A DNA stretch of 53,044 nt from Candidatus Eiseniibacteriota bacterium (GTDB lineage: Bacteria > Eisenbacteria > RBG-16-71-46 > CAZEPH01): NCBI GenBank assembly GCA_044229145.1, contig JBGATO010000022.1, positions 1 through 53,044 of the forward strand, in the 5' to 3' direction. Of the stretch, positions 31,566 through 42,206 are shown one piece after another. The first letter of the stretch is position 1; each line of letters opens with the position of its first letter. The notes under the pieces are model-generated. The model searched no databases and was not told the origin of the DNA. It worked only from the letters and a program-made list of their open reading frames with translations. The translations under genes and the position numbers were made by a program.

Positions 31566-31942
31566 CGCGCACCTCCGTTCAGGCAGATCGACACCACCCC
31601 GGCCACCAGCAGGCCCACCGGCACCACGAACGCGTGCCGCCACACCGGACGCCACGCCGAGAGATAGCACACCACCGGCATGGCGCACGTCCCGGCGATC
31701 AGGAAAATCGGAGCGCGCGAGGCGCCGTCGAGCAGTCCGGTCTGCAATCCGAGCGCGCACAGCAGGTCGAGCATGCCGAGCGCGATGCAACTCACGTGGG
31801 CGAGGCGCACCAAGCGGCGTCGCCACGATGCGTACCCGCCGAGCCATCCCTCGGCGGCAAAGAAAAGTCCCGGCACCGCACCCGCGACGAAGCCTGCGAG
31901 CACGGCGCACCATCCGGCGCACCAACACATCGAGGGGGTCAC
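31562..31942 (-). CDS. Small hypothetical membrane protein coupled to the radical SAM gene
   Basis: GGAGAG RBS, GTG 31942; about four TM segments; LGGYASWRRRLVRLAH; ATGA overlap with the radical SAM start. Confidence 0.7.
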   Translation of the reverse strand: MTPSMCWCAGWCAVLAGFVAGAVPGLFFAAEGWLGGYASWRRRLVRLAHVSCIALGMLDLLCALGLQTGLLDGASRAPIFLIAGTCAMPVVCYLSAWRPVWRHAFVVPVGLLVAGVVSICLNGGAR

Positions 31943-32208
31943 ACGCTCTCCGGCGTCCACAGGGGGGCGGACCGGTGCAAGAGACTGCGGAACCCCGAAC
32001 AGCCCAAGCGTACGCTCCGCGCGTGGCGCTCGATGCGGCACCCAGGGCGGAGACGCACCGCGGCTTTGGGGGCAGTCGCACGAAGGCGCACATGGTCGCA
32101 TCCGCACTCCGCCTTCCGCGCCGCTGTGCGCGGGGCGCGCGACCGCGCAGAGTCGAGGTTCCGAGGCGCTCTCCCCACGCACGCGCCTCGCCCAGAATCG
32201 AGGACTCC

Positions 32209-34365
32209 GTGAGCACCGAGTTGCCCGCGTCGGCGCACGACCTTCTCTGCCAGGTGCGCGATGCCCTCGCCGAGCGCTATGCCGTAGAACGCGAATGTGG
32301 ACGCGGCGGCATGGCGACGGTGTTCGTTGCCCGCGACCGCAAGCACGCGCTGCGCGCCGTCGCGCTCAAGGTGCTGCGCCCGGACGTCGCCGAGGTGTTG
32401 GGCGAAGAGCGCTTCCTGCGCGAGATCGGCATCGCGGCCGGGCTCAATCATCCGCACATCGTGCCGGTGTTCGACTCCGGCACCGCGGACGGGCTGCTCT
32501 ACTACGTCATGCCGATGGTGGACGGCGAATCGCTGCGGGTGCGGCTGGCGCGCGAGGCGCCGCTGCCGCTGGCCGAGACGCTCCGACTGGCCGACGGCAT
32601 TGGCGGTGCGCTCGGCTACGCGCACGATCGCGGCATCGTGCACCGCGACGTGAAGCCGGAAAACGTCATCCTGTGCGGCGACGAACCGCTGGTCACCGAC
32701 TTCGGGCTCGCGCTCGCGGCGCGCGGCACCGGCGAGACGGTGGCGCTCAGCGAGTTGGCAGCCGGCACGCCCGGCTACATGTCGCCCGAACAAGCGCTCG
32801 GCGACGATGGCGCCGATCCGCGCTCCGACGTCTACGGCCTCGGCTGCGTCGTCTACGAATGTGTCACCGGCGACGTGCCGCGCGCCTGGCTCTCGGACGA
32901 CGAGGTGCGGCGCGGACGTATCGAGCACACCGCACTGGCGGCGCGCCGGCGCCTCGACGCGTTGCCGACCGGACTCGAGGCAGCGCTCACCCGCGCGCTG
33001 GCGCCGCGGGCCGGCGAACGCCACGCCACGGTGGCGGCGTTCGTCGACGCGCTGCACGCCGGCTCCTTCCCCACCCTCGCGCCCGAACCGCGCGCCGTCG
33101 CCGTGTTGCCGTTCGTCTGCATGACCGGTGGCGCGGAGGACGAACAACTCGGCGACGGCCTCGCCGAGGAGATCATCAACACACTGTCGCGGCTGCGGCC
33201 CTTGCGGGTCGCCGCGCGCACCTCGGCGTTCGCGTTCAAGGGTCGCAGCCAAGACATTCGCGACATCGGCCACGCGCTCGGGGTGCGCGCGGTGCTCGAA
33301 GGCAGCGTGCGACGCGCCGGCGATCGCCTGCGCATCACCGTGCAGCTGGTCGACGTCGCCGACGGCTGCCCGCTGTGGTCGGAGCGCTACGACCGCACGA
33401 TGCGCGACGTGTTCGCCATCCAGGACGACATCGCGCGCAGCGTCGCCCGCGTGCTGCGCATCCTGCTCGGCGAGGCGGAGCGCGGCCGGCTCACCCGCAT
33501 TCCCACCGCCAACGTCGACGCGTACGAAGCGTATCTGCGCGGCCGCCAGTATTTCCACGAGCGGCGCAAGAAGAGTCTGGAGTACGCGCGGCAGTTGTTC
33601 GTGCACGCGGCGGACCTCGACCCGCGCTTCGCGTTGGCGCACGCCGGCATCGCCGACTGTTGTTCGCTGCTGCACATGTACTATCCCTCGTCGACCTCCG
33701 AACTCGAACGCGCCGAACGCGAGAGCGCGCAAGCCTTGGCGCTCGATCCCGACGCGCCGGAAGCGCACGCGGCGCGCGGCTTCGCGCTGTTCCAGCTCGG
33801 ACGCCACGACGACGCGACGGCGGAGTTCCAAACCGCGGCGCGGCTCGATCCGCGGCAGTTCGACGCGCGGTATTTCCACGCGCGATTGTGTTTCCAGCGC
33901 GGCGCGTTCGCCGAGGCCGCGCGCTGGTTCGAGGACGCCTGTCGCGTCGAAGACGACTTCGAGGCGCGGTTCTTCGCCGCGCAGTCGCACGAAGCGCGCG
34001 GCGATGGCGAAGCGGCCCACGCCGCCTACCAGAGCGCGCTGGCGAGCGCCACCCGGCACCTCGATTTGCATCCGGACGATCCGCGCGCCGCCACCATGCG
34101 GGCAGTCTCGCTGTGCCGCCTCGGCGAACAGGCGGATGGTCTCGAGTGGGCGGCCCGCGCACTCGCCATCGACCCGGCCGACGCCGGCGTGCGGTACAAC
34201 GTCGCGTGCTTGTACGCGCTCGAAGGCCAGGCGGCCGCGGCGCTCGATTGCCTCGAGGAGTGCGTGCGCCTCGGGTTCGGCAATTTCGACTGGATCCGCC
34301 GCGATCCCGACCTCGCCAGCCTGCGCGGCGATCCGCGTTACGACGCACTGCTCGCCGCCATGTGA
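32209..34365 (+). CDS. Hanks-type Ser/Thr kinase with TolB-like and TPR domains
   Basis: GRGGMATV, VALKVL, HRDVKPEN, DFG, GTPGYMSPEQ; AVLPF...EGSVRRAG; TPRs ending DPDL..LRGDPRY. Confidence 0.92.
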   Translation: MSTELPASAHDLLCQVRDALAERYAVERECGRGGMATVFVARDRKHALRAVALKVLRPDVAEVLGEERFLREIGIAAGLNHPHIVPVFDSGTADGLLYYVMPMVDGESLRVRLAREAPLPLAETLRLADGIGGALGYAHDRGIVHRDVKPENVILCGDEPLVTDFGLALAARGTGETVALSELAAGTPGYMSPEQALGDDGADPRSDVYGLGCVVYECVTGDVPRAWLSDDEVRRGRIEHTALAARRRLDALPTGLEAALTRALAPRAGERHATVAAFVDALHAGSFPTLAPEPRAVAVLPFVCMTGGAEDEQLGDGLAEEIINTLSRLRPLRVAARTSAFAFKGRSQDIRDIGHALGVRAVLEGSVRRAGDRLRITVQLVDVADGCPLWSERYDRTMRDVFAIQDDIARSVARVLRILLGEAERGRLTRIPTANVDAYEAYLRGRQYFHERRKKSLEYARQLFVHAADLDPRFALAHAGIADCCSLLHMYYPSSTSELERAERESAQALALDPDAPEAHAARGFALFQLGRHDDATAEFQTAARLDPRQFDARYFHARLCFQRGAFAEAARWFEDACRVEDDFEARFFAAQSHEARGDGEAAHAAYQSALASATRHLDLHPDDPRAATMRAVSLCRLGEQADGLEWAARALAIDPADAGVRYNVACLYALEGQAAAALDCLEECVRLGFGNFDWIRRDPDLASLRGDPRYDALLAAM

Positions 34366-34448
34366 GCGGCGCTGCGCCGGGCGGCGGCCATCTGCTAGAC
34401 TTCGCGCACACCATCGCCGTGACCGCCCCTCGCACCTGGAGACGTCGC

Positions 34449-35756
34449 ATGTCGCGCTCGATTTCGCGGGCCTCACTGGTGCCCGCCGTCGCCCTCGCCG
34501 CGCTGTCGCTCGCCGGCTGCCGCTCGCTCTCGCCGGAGGCCGGCACGCCGGGGACACCGCGCACGTCCGCCCCGAGGAGCGGCGCCGGTCCCGCCGGCCG
34601 CCTGACGCACCCGCAACCGCCCCGCGCCGACGAGGTGTTGCCGCGTTTCACCGGCCAAGCCGCTGACGCCACCATCGCGCTGCCCGGCGCCGCCGGCTTC
34701 CGCGTCGTCTCGGTGCGCGAGATGGGCCCGATGGAACAGCCGCAGGTGGTGCAAGGCCGCGACGGCTGCATCAGCGCGCTGTCCAACGGCAAGTCGAAGT
34801 GGGTCTACGGCGACACCGTGATGCGGTGGACCGGCAGCGACGGCTCGAACTGGCGTGACAACACGCTGTCGTGGACCACCGACCTCGACGCCTCGAACAA
34901 CATCACCGGCTTCCAGCAGGACGTCGACTCGCTCGGTGTGCCGTACGAATTCCTGCCGCACACCGCCGATGAAATCCTCTTCAACCAGCGCATGATCGAC
35001 CCGGGCTGCGTCGGCGACTCGTGCGGCTACGAGTTCGCGTTGTGGCCCGGCCAAGTGGTGCCGGACCCGGCGCGCAACCGCACGCTCTACTTCTTCGGGA
35101 AGATCTATCGCAGCAACTCGGTCTTCAGCGGCGCCGGTGTCGGGATCGACGTGCAAACCGGCGACGGTCCGCTGACGCGTCCGGTCGTGCGCCCCGGCGC
35201 CGACGACCCGACGCTCATGTGGGACATCGACGAGCCGGCGTACAGCGCCGGCGCCGTCGTCGTCCGCGACACGCTGTACTGCTACGCGCCGCATCTCAAC
35301 TTCCTCTCGCAGGACATCTCGATCGCGCGCGTGCCACTGGCCGACGCGCTCGATCGCAACGCGTGGACCTACTACGCCGGCAACGGCGTGTGGTCGAGCG
35401 ACGTGAACGCCGGCGTCATCATCTTCAGCGGCGGCTCGTACCAGTCCGTGCACTGGAACCCGTACGTGAAGAAGTACCTCGCCGTGTACTCGAAGCCGCT
35501 CAGCAACAAGATCATGTTGCGCGCCGCCGACCGTCCGGAAGGCCCGTGGACCGCCGAGGCGCTGCTGCTGACCGGCAAGAAGCCGGGCATCGCCAACTCG
35601 GTGGACTACTTCGGCATGGTGCACCCGGAATACGAGGCGAACGGCGGGCAGATCGACTACGTCGCCTACTACCACCCGACCGGCTTCCTGGCCGGCGAGA
35701 CGCGCCTGGTGCAGATCCAGTTCGGGCCCAAGGCGGCGAGCGTGACCCGGCGCTAA
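34449..35756 (+). CDS. DUF4185-like beta-propeller lipoprotein (possible GH183-related glycosidase)
   Basis: Lipobox LAGC; GRDG, WVYGDT, IARVP...WTYY.G..WS, SVHWNPY.KKYL, RAADRPEGPW, HPEY. Confidence 0.7.
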   Translation: MSRSISRASLVPAVALAALSLAGCRSLSPEAGTPGTPRTSAPRSGAGPAGRLTHPQPPRADEVLPRFTGQAADATIALPGAAGFRVVSVREMGPMEQPQVVQGRDGCISALSNGKSKWVYGDTVMRWTGSDGSNWRDNTLSWTTDLDASNNITGFQQDVDSLGVPYEFLPHTADEILFNQRMIDPGCVGDSCGYEFALWPGQVVPDPARNRTLYFFGKIYRSNSVFSGAGVGIDVQTGDGPLTRPVVRPGADDPTLMWDIDEPAYSAGAVVVRDTLYCYAPHLNFLSQDISIARVPLADALDRNAWTYYAGNGVWSSDVNAGVIIFSGGSYQSVHWNPYVKKYLAVYSKPLSNKIMLRAADRPEGPWTAEALLLTGKKPGIANSVDYFGMVHPEYEANGGQIDYVAYYHPTGFLAGETRLVQIQFGPKAASVTRR

Positions 35757-35790
35757 GCCGCACAGTCGCAGAGAGATAGCAGGACGCGAA

Positions 35791-35810
35791 GCCCGCGCTC
35801 CGGCGCGGGC
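35791..35810 (+). terminator. GC hairpin after the DUF4185 gene (no U tract)
   Basis: GCCCGCGC-tccg-GCGCGGGC. Confidence 0.4.
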
Positions 35811-35972
35811 CTCGGCGCATCGCCCGGGCATCGCGCGAGACCGCGCATCCGGCGGGCCGCCGGCGCCCGATTCCGCCAGCGTCGTTCAGAGACGGCGTCT
35901 CGCGGCCGATGAAGACTCCGTAGCACTGCGCGGGGAAACGTCCCCGCGGGCCCGGCATTCGCGGAGACCATC

Positions 35973-37238
35973 ATGGATCGATTCATCGCCCGCCAAGCCA
36001 TCTTCGACAACCGCCAGCGGGTGATCGCCTACGAGTTGTTGTTCCGCCGCGGCGCCGAGGGCTTCTTCCGGAACTCCGAGCCCGTCAGCCTCGACGCGAC
36101 ATCGTCCGTGCTCGCGGAAGGATCGCTCCTGTTCGGTCTCGGCCCGCTGACCGCCGGCAAGCCCGCATACGTCAACTTCTCGCAAGAGGCCCTGCTCGAC
36201 CAGTTGCCGTTGCTGCTGCCGCCGGATCGCCTGATGGTCGAATTGCTCGAGACCATCGACCCGACGCCCGAGGTGCTCGCGGCCTGCAGCGCGCTCAAGA
36301 CCGCCGGCTACCGCATCGCACTCGACGACTACATCGGCGAACCCGAGCGCGAGCCGCTCTTGCAGTTCTGCGACATCGTCAAGGTCGACTTCCGCGACAC
36401 CACGCCCGAGAAGCGCGCCGAGATCGTGAAGCTGGTGAAGGGACGCGGCCTCAAGCTGCTCGCCGAGAAGGTCGAGTCGCACGAGGAGTTCTCGACCGCC
36501 TCCGATCAGGGGTTCGACTACTACCAGGGCTTCTTCTTCGCGCATCCGCAGATCCTGCGCAAGCGCGAGCCGGTGACCTCGCGGCTGCACTGCATGCGGC
36601 TGCTCGAAGAGTCGACGCACGAGAGTCTCGACCTCGACGCAATCGAGCAGTTGATCTCGCAGGAGTCGACGCTGTGCGCGAAGATGCTCCGCTACATGAA
36701 CTCGGCATGGTTCGGCCTGCGCGGGGGCGTGCAGAGCGTGCGCCACATGCTGTTCGCGCTCGGCCAGCGCGAGATCCGCCGCTGGGCGTCGCTGTTCTTC
36801 CTCACCGCGCTGTCCGACGACAAGCCCGCCGAACTCCTCACCTGCGCCTGCGTGCGCGCCCGCTTCTGCGAACTGGTGGCGCCGGAAGTCGCCGAAGGCG
36901 AACGCGCCGGCCACTACTTCCTCATGGGCCTGTTGTCGATGATGGACGCGGTGTCCGATCAGCCGCTCGCCGAAGTGCTCTCGGGCCTGCCGCTCGAGAA
37001 GGACATGATCCACGCGCTGATCAAGGGCGGCAAGTCGACGCCGGCGCAAGTGTTCCGCCTCGCCGAGGCGTGCGAACGCGGCAAGTGGCCGGAGATCTCG
37101 GCGGCGTGCGAGGAGCTTGGGCTCGGCGAATTGCAGGTGGCCTCGCTGCACCGGCAGGCCGTGGAGTGGGCGAACTCGACACTCGCCTGGTACGACGACG
37201 AAGGCCCGCAGCCGGGCGGCAAGAGCGCGATCGCGTAG
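35973..37238 (+). CDS. EAL-HDOD signalling protein (YuxH/CdgJ-like c-di-GMP phosphodiesterase family)
   Basis: FIARQAIFD..YELLFR, ELLE, IALDDY, LAEKVE, YYQGFFF.HP, then HDOD (LRYMNS, RARFCE, GLLSMMD). Confidence 0.9.
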   Translation: MDRFIARQAIFDNRQRVIAYELLFRRGAEGFFRNSEPVSLDATSSVLAEGSLLFGLGPLTAGKPAYVNFSQEALLDQLPLLLPPDRLMVELLETIDPTPEVLAACSALKTAGYRIALDDYIGEPEREPLLQFCDIVKVDFRDTTPEKRAEIVKLVKGRGLKLLAEKVESHEEFSTASDQGFDYYQGFFFAHPQILRKREPVTSRLHCMRLLEESTHESLDLDAIEQLISQESTLCAKMLRYMNSAWFGLRGGVQSVRHMLFALGQREIRRWASLFFLTALSDDKPAELLTCACVRARFCELVAPEVAEGERAGHYFLMGLLSMMDAVSDQPLAEVLSGLPLEKDMIHALIKGGKSTPAQVFRLAEACERGKWPEISAACEELGLGELQVASLHRQAVEWANSTLAWYDDEGPQPGGKSAIA

Positions 37239-37264
37239 GCGCTCGCTTGCATCGCACCTGCCTG

Positions 37265-37296
37265 TGACGTACAGTTGCGTTCACTGTGATACGTCA
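37265..37296. promoter_or_regulatory. Imperfect palindrome upstream of the antitoxin gene, probable autoregulatory operator
   Basis: TGACGTA-CAGT-tgcgttc-ACTG-tga-TACGTCA. Confidence 0.55.
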
Positions 37297-37314
37297 TCGG
37301 AGGGACGCTTCGCC

Positions 37315-37566
37315 ATGCAAACCAAACTGACGCTGCGCATGGAGGACTCGCTGATCCGCCGCGCGAAGATCCTCGCGCGGCGCTCGGGCAAGTCGGTGTC
37401 CGCCCTGGTTGCCGACTACATCGCGGCGCTAGACGCGCGCACTCCCGGCGACTCGAAGCCCCGCCCGCGCTCCCACCCGAAGGTCACAGCGTTGCGAGGT
37501 TCCCTCGCGCAGGCCAAGGTGGCTGAGCGAGACTATCGCGCTCATCTGGAGCGCAAGCACCGGTGA
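37315..37566 (+). CDS. Antitoxin, ribbon-helix-helix (DUF6364-like)
   Basis: MQTKLTLRMEDSLIRRAK..A...GKSVS.LV.DY; ends YRAHLERKHR; overlaps the PIN gene start. Confidence 0.85.
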   Translation: MQTKLTLRMEDSLIRRAKILARRSGKSVSALVADYIAALDARTPGDSKPRPRSHPKVTALRGSLAQAKVAERDYRAHLERKHR

Positions 37567-37985
37567 TCGTGCTGGTGGACACCAACGTCGTCCTCGATGT
37601 CTTGCTCGATCGCGCACCGCACGCCGACGCGGCCGCGCGCCTGCTCGCGGCCATCGAAGATCATCGCCTCACCGGACTTCTCGGCGCGACCACGGTCACG
37701 ACGCTTCACTATATTGCGGCGCGCACCTTGGGTGAGCGACGTGCCCGGCGGCACATCACCACGCTGCTGTCACTCTTCGAGATCGCGCCGGTCACCGGGG
37801 ATGTCCTGCGTGACGCGACCTCCTTGGGTTGGGCGGATTTCGAGGACGCCGTGCTCCACGAATCGGCGCGGGCCGCTGGGGCGGACGCGATCGTCACCCG
37901 AGACCGAAAAGGGTTCGCGCGCGCGAAGCTCCGGACATACACCCCGGCGGAGTTGCTCGCGCTCCTCTCCCTCGACACGGCCTAG
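37563..37985 (+). CDS. vapC: PIN-domain (VapC-like) toxin
   Basis: LVDTNVVLDVL, DFEDAV, IVTRD.KGF. Confidence 0.9.
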   Translation: MIVLVDTNVVLDVLLDRAPHADAAARLLAAIEDHRLTGLLGATTVTTLHYIAARTLGERRARRHITTLLSLFEIAPVTGDVLRDATSLGWADFEDAVLHESARAAGADAIVTRDRKGFARAKLRTYTPAELLALLSLDTA

Positions 37986-38030
37986 CAACGCGAGGGACGC
38001 GGCGTGATGCCGCGCCCCTCCGCACGCCCG

Positions 38031-39170
38031 CTACTGCAACACGTGGATGTTCTTCTTCGCGCACATGTCGCGCAGCACCTTCGGCCACACCGTCACGCTG
38101 CACTCGCCGAGGTGCGCCTTCTTGAGCAGCAGCATGTAGGTGCGCGACTGGCCGATGCCGCCGCCGATCGACAGCGGCACCTGGTTCTGGATCACCGCCT
38201 GGTGGTACGGCATCGACAGCATCGCCGTCTGGCCGGTGAGTTCGAGCTGCTGGCGCAGCGTCGCCGCGTTGACGCGAATGCCCATCGACGAAAGTTCGTG
38301 CCGGCGCTGCGTCACCGGGTTCCACACCAGGATGTCGCCGTTCAATCCGTGCATCGGGCGGCCATCGGCGGAGCGGGTTTCAGACACCCAGTCGTCGTAG
38401 TCGGCGGCGCGCATCTCGTGCGGGAAGCCGTCGGCCAAGGTCCAGCCGATGCCGTAGATGAACACCGCCGGGTAGTCCTGCAGGATCGCCGTCTCACGCT
38501 GCTTGCGCGGCATGTTCGGGTAGCGCGCAAGCAAGTCCTCGGCGTGGATGAAGGTCAGATTCTCCGGCAGGTTCGGATACTGCGGCGACTTGAGCTGCGG
38601 GAACACCTCCTGCACGTGACGCTCGGCGCCCTTGATGACCGCCCACAACTTCTTCACCACGGCGGTGAGGTACTCGAGCGAGCGCTCCTTCTCGGTGATC
38701 GCCTGCTCCCAATCCCACTGGTCGACGTAGGCGCTGTGATCGTGGTCGAGGAAGTAGTCCTTCCGCACCGCGCGCATGTCGGTGTAGAGCCCTTCGCCGG
38801 GCTGGAAGCCGAACTCCCGGAGCGCGACCCGCTTCCACTTGGTGGCCGCCTGCACCACCTGCGCATCGATCGGGTGAACGTCGTGATCGTTGGCGATGTG
38901 GAAGTCGACCGGGCTGCGCGAGCCGTCGCGGTCGAGGTAGTCGTTGACCCCGCTCTCCTTGTCGACGATGAGCGGGACCTCGACCCGCATCAGGTTCAAC
39001 GCTTCGCAGAGGTGCGTCTCGATGTACGTCTTCACCACGGTCAGCGCGCGCTGCGTGTCCTTGCGGGACAACAGCGAGGTGTAGTCGCGCGGGAGAATCT
39101 TCTCGAGGTCGTCGTAGTTGCCGATGCCCGGCCCTGCCAGGTCGGCCTTCTTGTCGGTGACGGTGCCCAT
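38031..39170 (-). CDS. asnA: Aspartate--ammonia ligase
   Basis: KWKR.AL, GEGLYTDMRAVR, HSAYVDQWDWE, RAADYDDW, LNGDILVW, ELSSMGIRV, SIGGGIGQSR. Confidence 0.95.
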   Translation of the reverse strand: MGTVTDKKADLAGPGIGNYDDLEKILPRDYTSLLSRKDTQRALTVVKTYIETHLCEALNLMRVEVPLIVDKESGVNDYLDRDGSRSPVDFHIANDHDVHPIDAQVVQAATKWKRVALREFGFQPGEGLYTDMRAVRKDYFLDHDHSAYVDQWDWEQAITEKERSLEYLTAVVKKLWAVIKGAERHVQEVFPQLKSPQYPNLPENLTFIHAEDLLARYPNMPRKQRETAILQDYPAVFIYGIGWTLADGFPHEMRAADYDDWVSETRSADGRPMHGLNGDILVWNPVTQRRHELSSMGIRVNAATLRQQLELTGQTAMLSMPYHQAVIQNQVPLSIGGGIGQSRTYMLLLKKAHLGECSVTVWPKVLRDMCAKKNIHVLQ

Positions 39171-39423
39171 GGGCGGTCCCCTTTTCGTGTCAACGCCAGT
39201 ACGTCCAACATGCGCGGCGGGCGGACGCATCCTCTCGCCGCCTGTGGTCGAGAGTAGACCCGCGGCGCAGCGACCGCGCGGGCGCGGAGGGCGCACCGTC
39301 GCCTGCGCCAGGGGCCGCAGCGCACCGCCGCCAGAAGTCGCGCGGCGGATGATCCCCTCCGCGCCCTTTCCGGGTTTCCCTTGTCGACAGCTCCCTGGCC
39401 GCTTCGAGAGGAGGATTCGCCCG

Positions 39424-40611
39424 ATGTTCGCTCGTTCGCTCACCACCCTCGCCCTTGGCGCGCTGCTCGCCGCCGGCTCCGCCTTCGCCGACGACTGGGC
39501 GGACGCCCCGGCGATCACCACCCACGACATCCACTTCATGTCGACCGGCGTGGCGGTCGGCGACGCCGGGTTCTACGCCTCGCTCAGCACCGATGGCACC
39601 ACCTGGACGAGCTACGACCCGGGCACCACCGCCGATCTCTACGGCTTCGTCGAGGAAGCAAGGCGCGAACACCGCAAGGTCGCCGACCGCGCGCTGATCG
39701 CCTGGCAACGCGCTCTCCTCGCCAGCCGATTCGACGGCTGGACCTGCTGCGTGCAATCAAGGCCACCGAACTGGTGACGAATGGCTCGATCCGCTACGGC
39801 GGACTACGGCCAGCACTGGACGCTGACCGCCAGCGGCTATCCGGCGCTCCACCGCTGCTGGGGCGGCGGGCGATCATCGCGTTGGGCATGGCTTTCATCC
39901 GCAAGCACCTGCTGATTACGGCCAGCACTGGACGGCCGTCGCCAGCACCTTCGCGGTATCGCCGACGTCGTCACCAGCTTCGGCACCAGCAAGTACCTGA
40001 TCGTCGGCGACCACGGCACGATCCTGCGCTCCACGGACGGCGGGCTGACGTGGGCCTCCGTCGACGCCGGCACGACGGCGGATTTGCGCGGGGTCAGCGA
40101 GAGCAAGCAGTCTGGCACGCTGGTCTTCGCGGCGGGGCTCGGCGGCGTGGTGCTGAAGAGCACCGACGACGGTGCCACGTGGTGCCGCCTCACGTCCGGC
40201 ACCACCGCGGATCTCCTCACCATCGATGCGCAGTCGAACACCCGCGTGGTGGTGGCGGGCGTCGGCGGCGTGGTGCGGCGCACCGAAACCGGTGGCGGGG
40301 CATGCCAGACTACGGCGGTGGGCGACGACGCGCGGCCACAGCCGGCCGACCTGACGCCATACCTGCGGGTCCAGGTCGACGGCGGACGCGTGACGCTCGC
40401 GGCGGCGGTCACCCTCACGGCGCCGTTCGACGTGAGCGTGACCGACGCGGCGGGCCGGCCGGTGGCCGGGGTGGCGCCGGCACGCGTGGCGGCGGGGAGA
40501 CACCCGGGTGCTGGACCTGCGCCTTGACCCGGAGCAGCCAGTGGCGTCTATTTCGTCCGCGTCGCCAACGGCCAGATCACCGCGACCCGCCGGGTGCTCT
40601 GCGTGCGGTAG
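39424..40611 (+). pseudogene. Secreted BNR/Asp-box (YCF48-like) propeller protein with T9SS-like C-terminus; multiply frameshifted
   Basis: Signal peptide at ATG 39424 (AGGAGGA); repeats STDGTTW, DYGQHW (twice), STDGGLTW, STDDGATW; tail SGVYFVRV...TRRVLCVR ending at TAG 40611, spread over several frames. Confidence 0.7.
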
Positions 40612-40762
40612 GCCCACTGGGGCGCCAGGTGACGGTACCGGCGCCACGCCCAACCTCCCGCGACCTCGTCGTCTCCGGCTCGCCTCCCGGCGCGGAGTGC
40701 CGATACCTGAAAGGGCGCGCGTCCACCGCGCCCCTTCAGCCGCCCCCAAGCCGAGAGATGCC

Positions 40763-42115
<1,353 letters not shown>

Positions 42116-42206
42116 CGCGCTACCACCATCGGCCCCGCCGCGCCGCCGGGGCGCGGCTGCGACAATCCGTCCGCACGTCTCCCCCGACGTCCGGAAGGAG
42201 GTTCCG

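Noticed and set aside
31680..34448. Apparent 1358-aa ORF giving the DUF4185 protein a huge N-terminal extension
   Set aside because: The extension is an off-frame read of the kinase gene. The real start is the lipoprotein signal at 34449.
35929..35948. Hairpin CGCGGGGA-aacg-TCCCCGCG before the EAL-HDOD gene as a c-di-GMP riboswitch
   Set aside because: It is a single stem without the two-hairpin GEMM architecture. An Rfam search would be needed to revisit it.
39805..39934. 18-bp direct repeat as a CRISPR or att site
   Set aside because: There are only two copies, both encode the Asp-box YGQHWT, and no cas or integrase gene is nearby.
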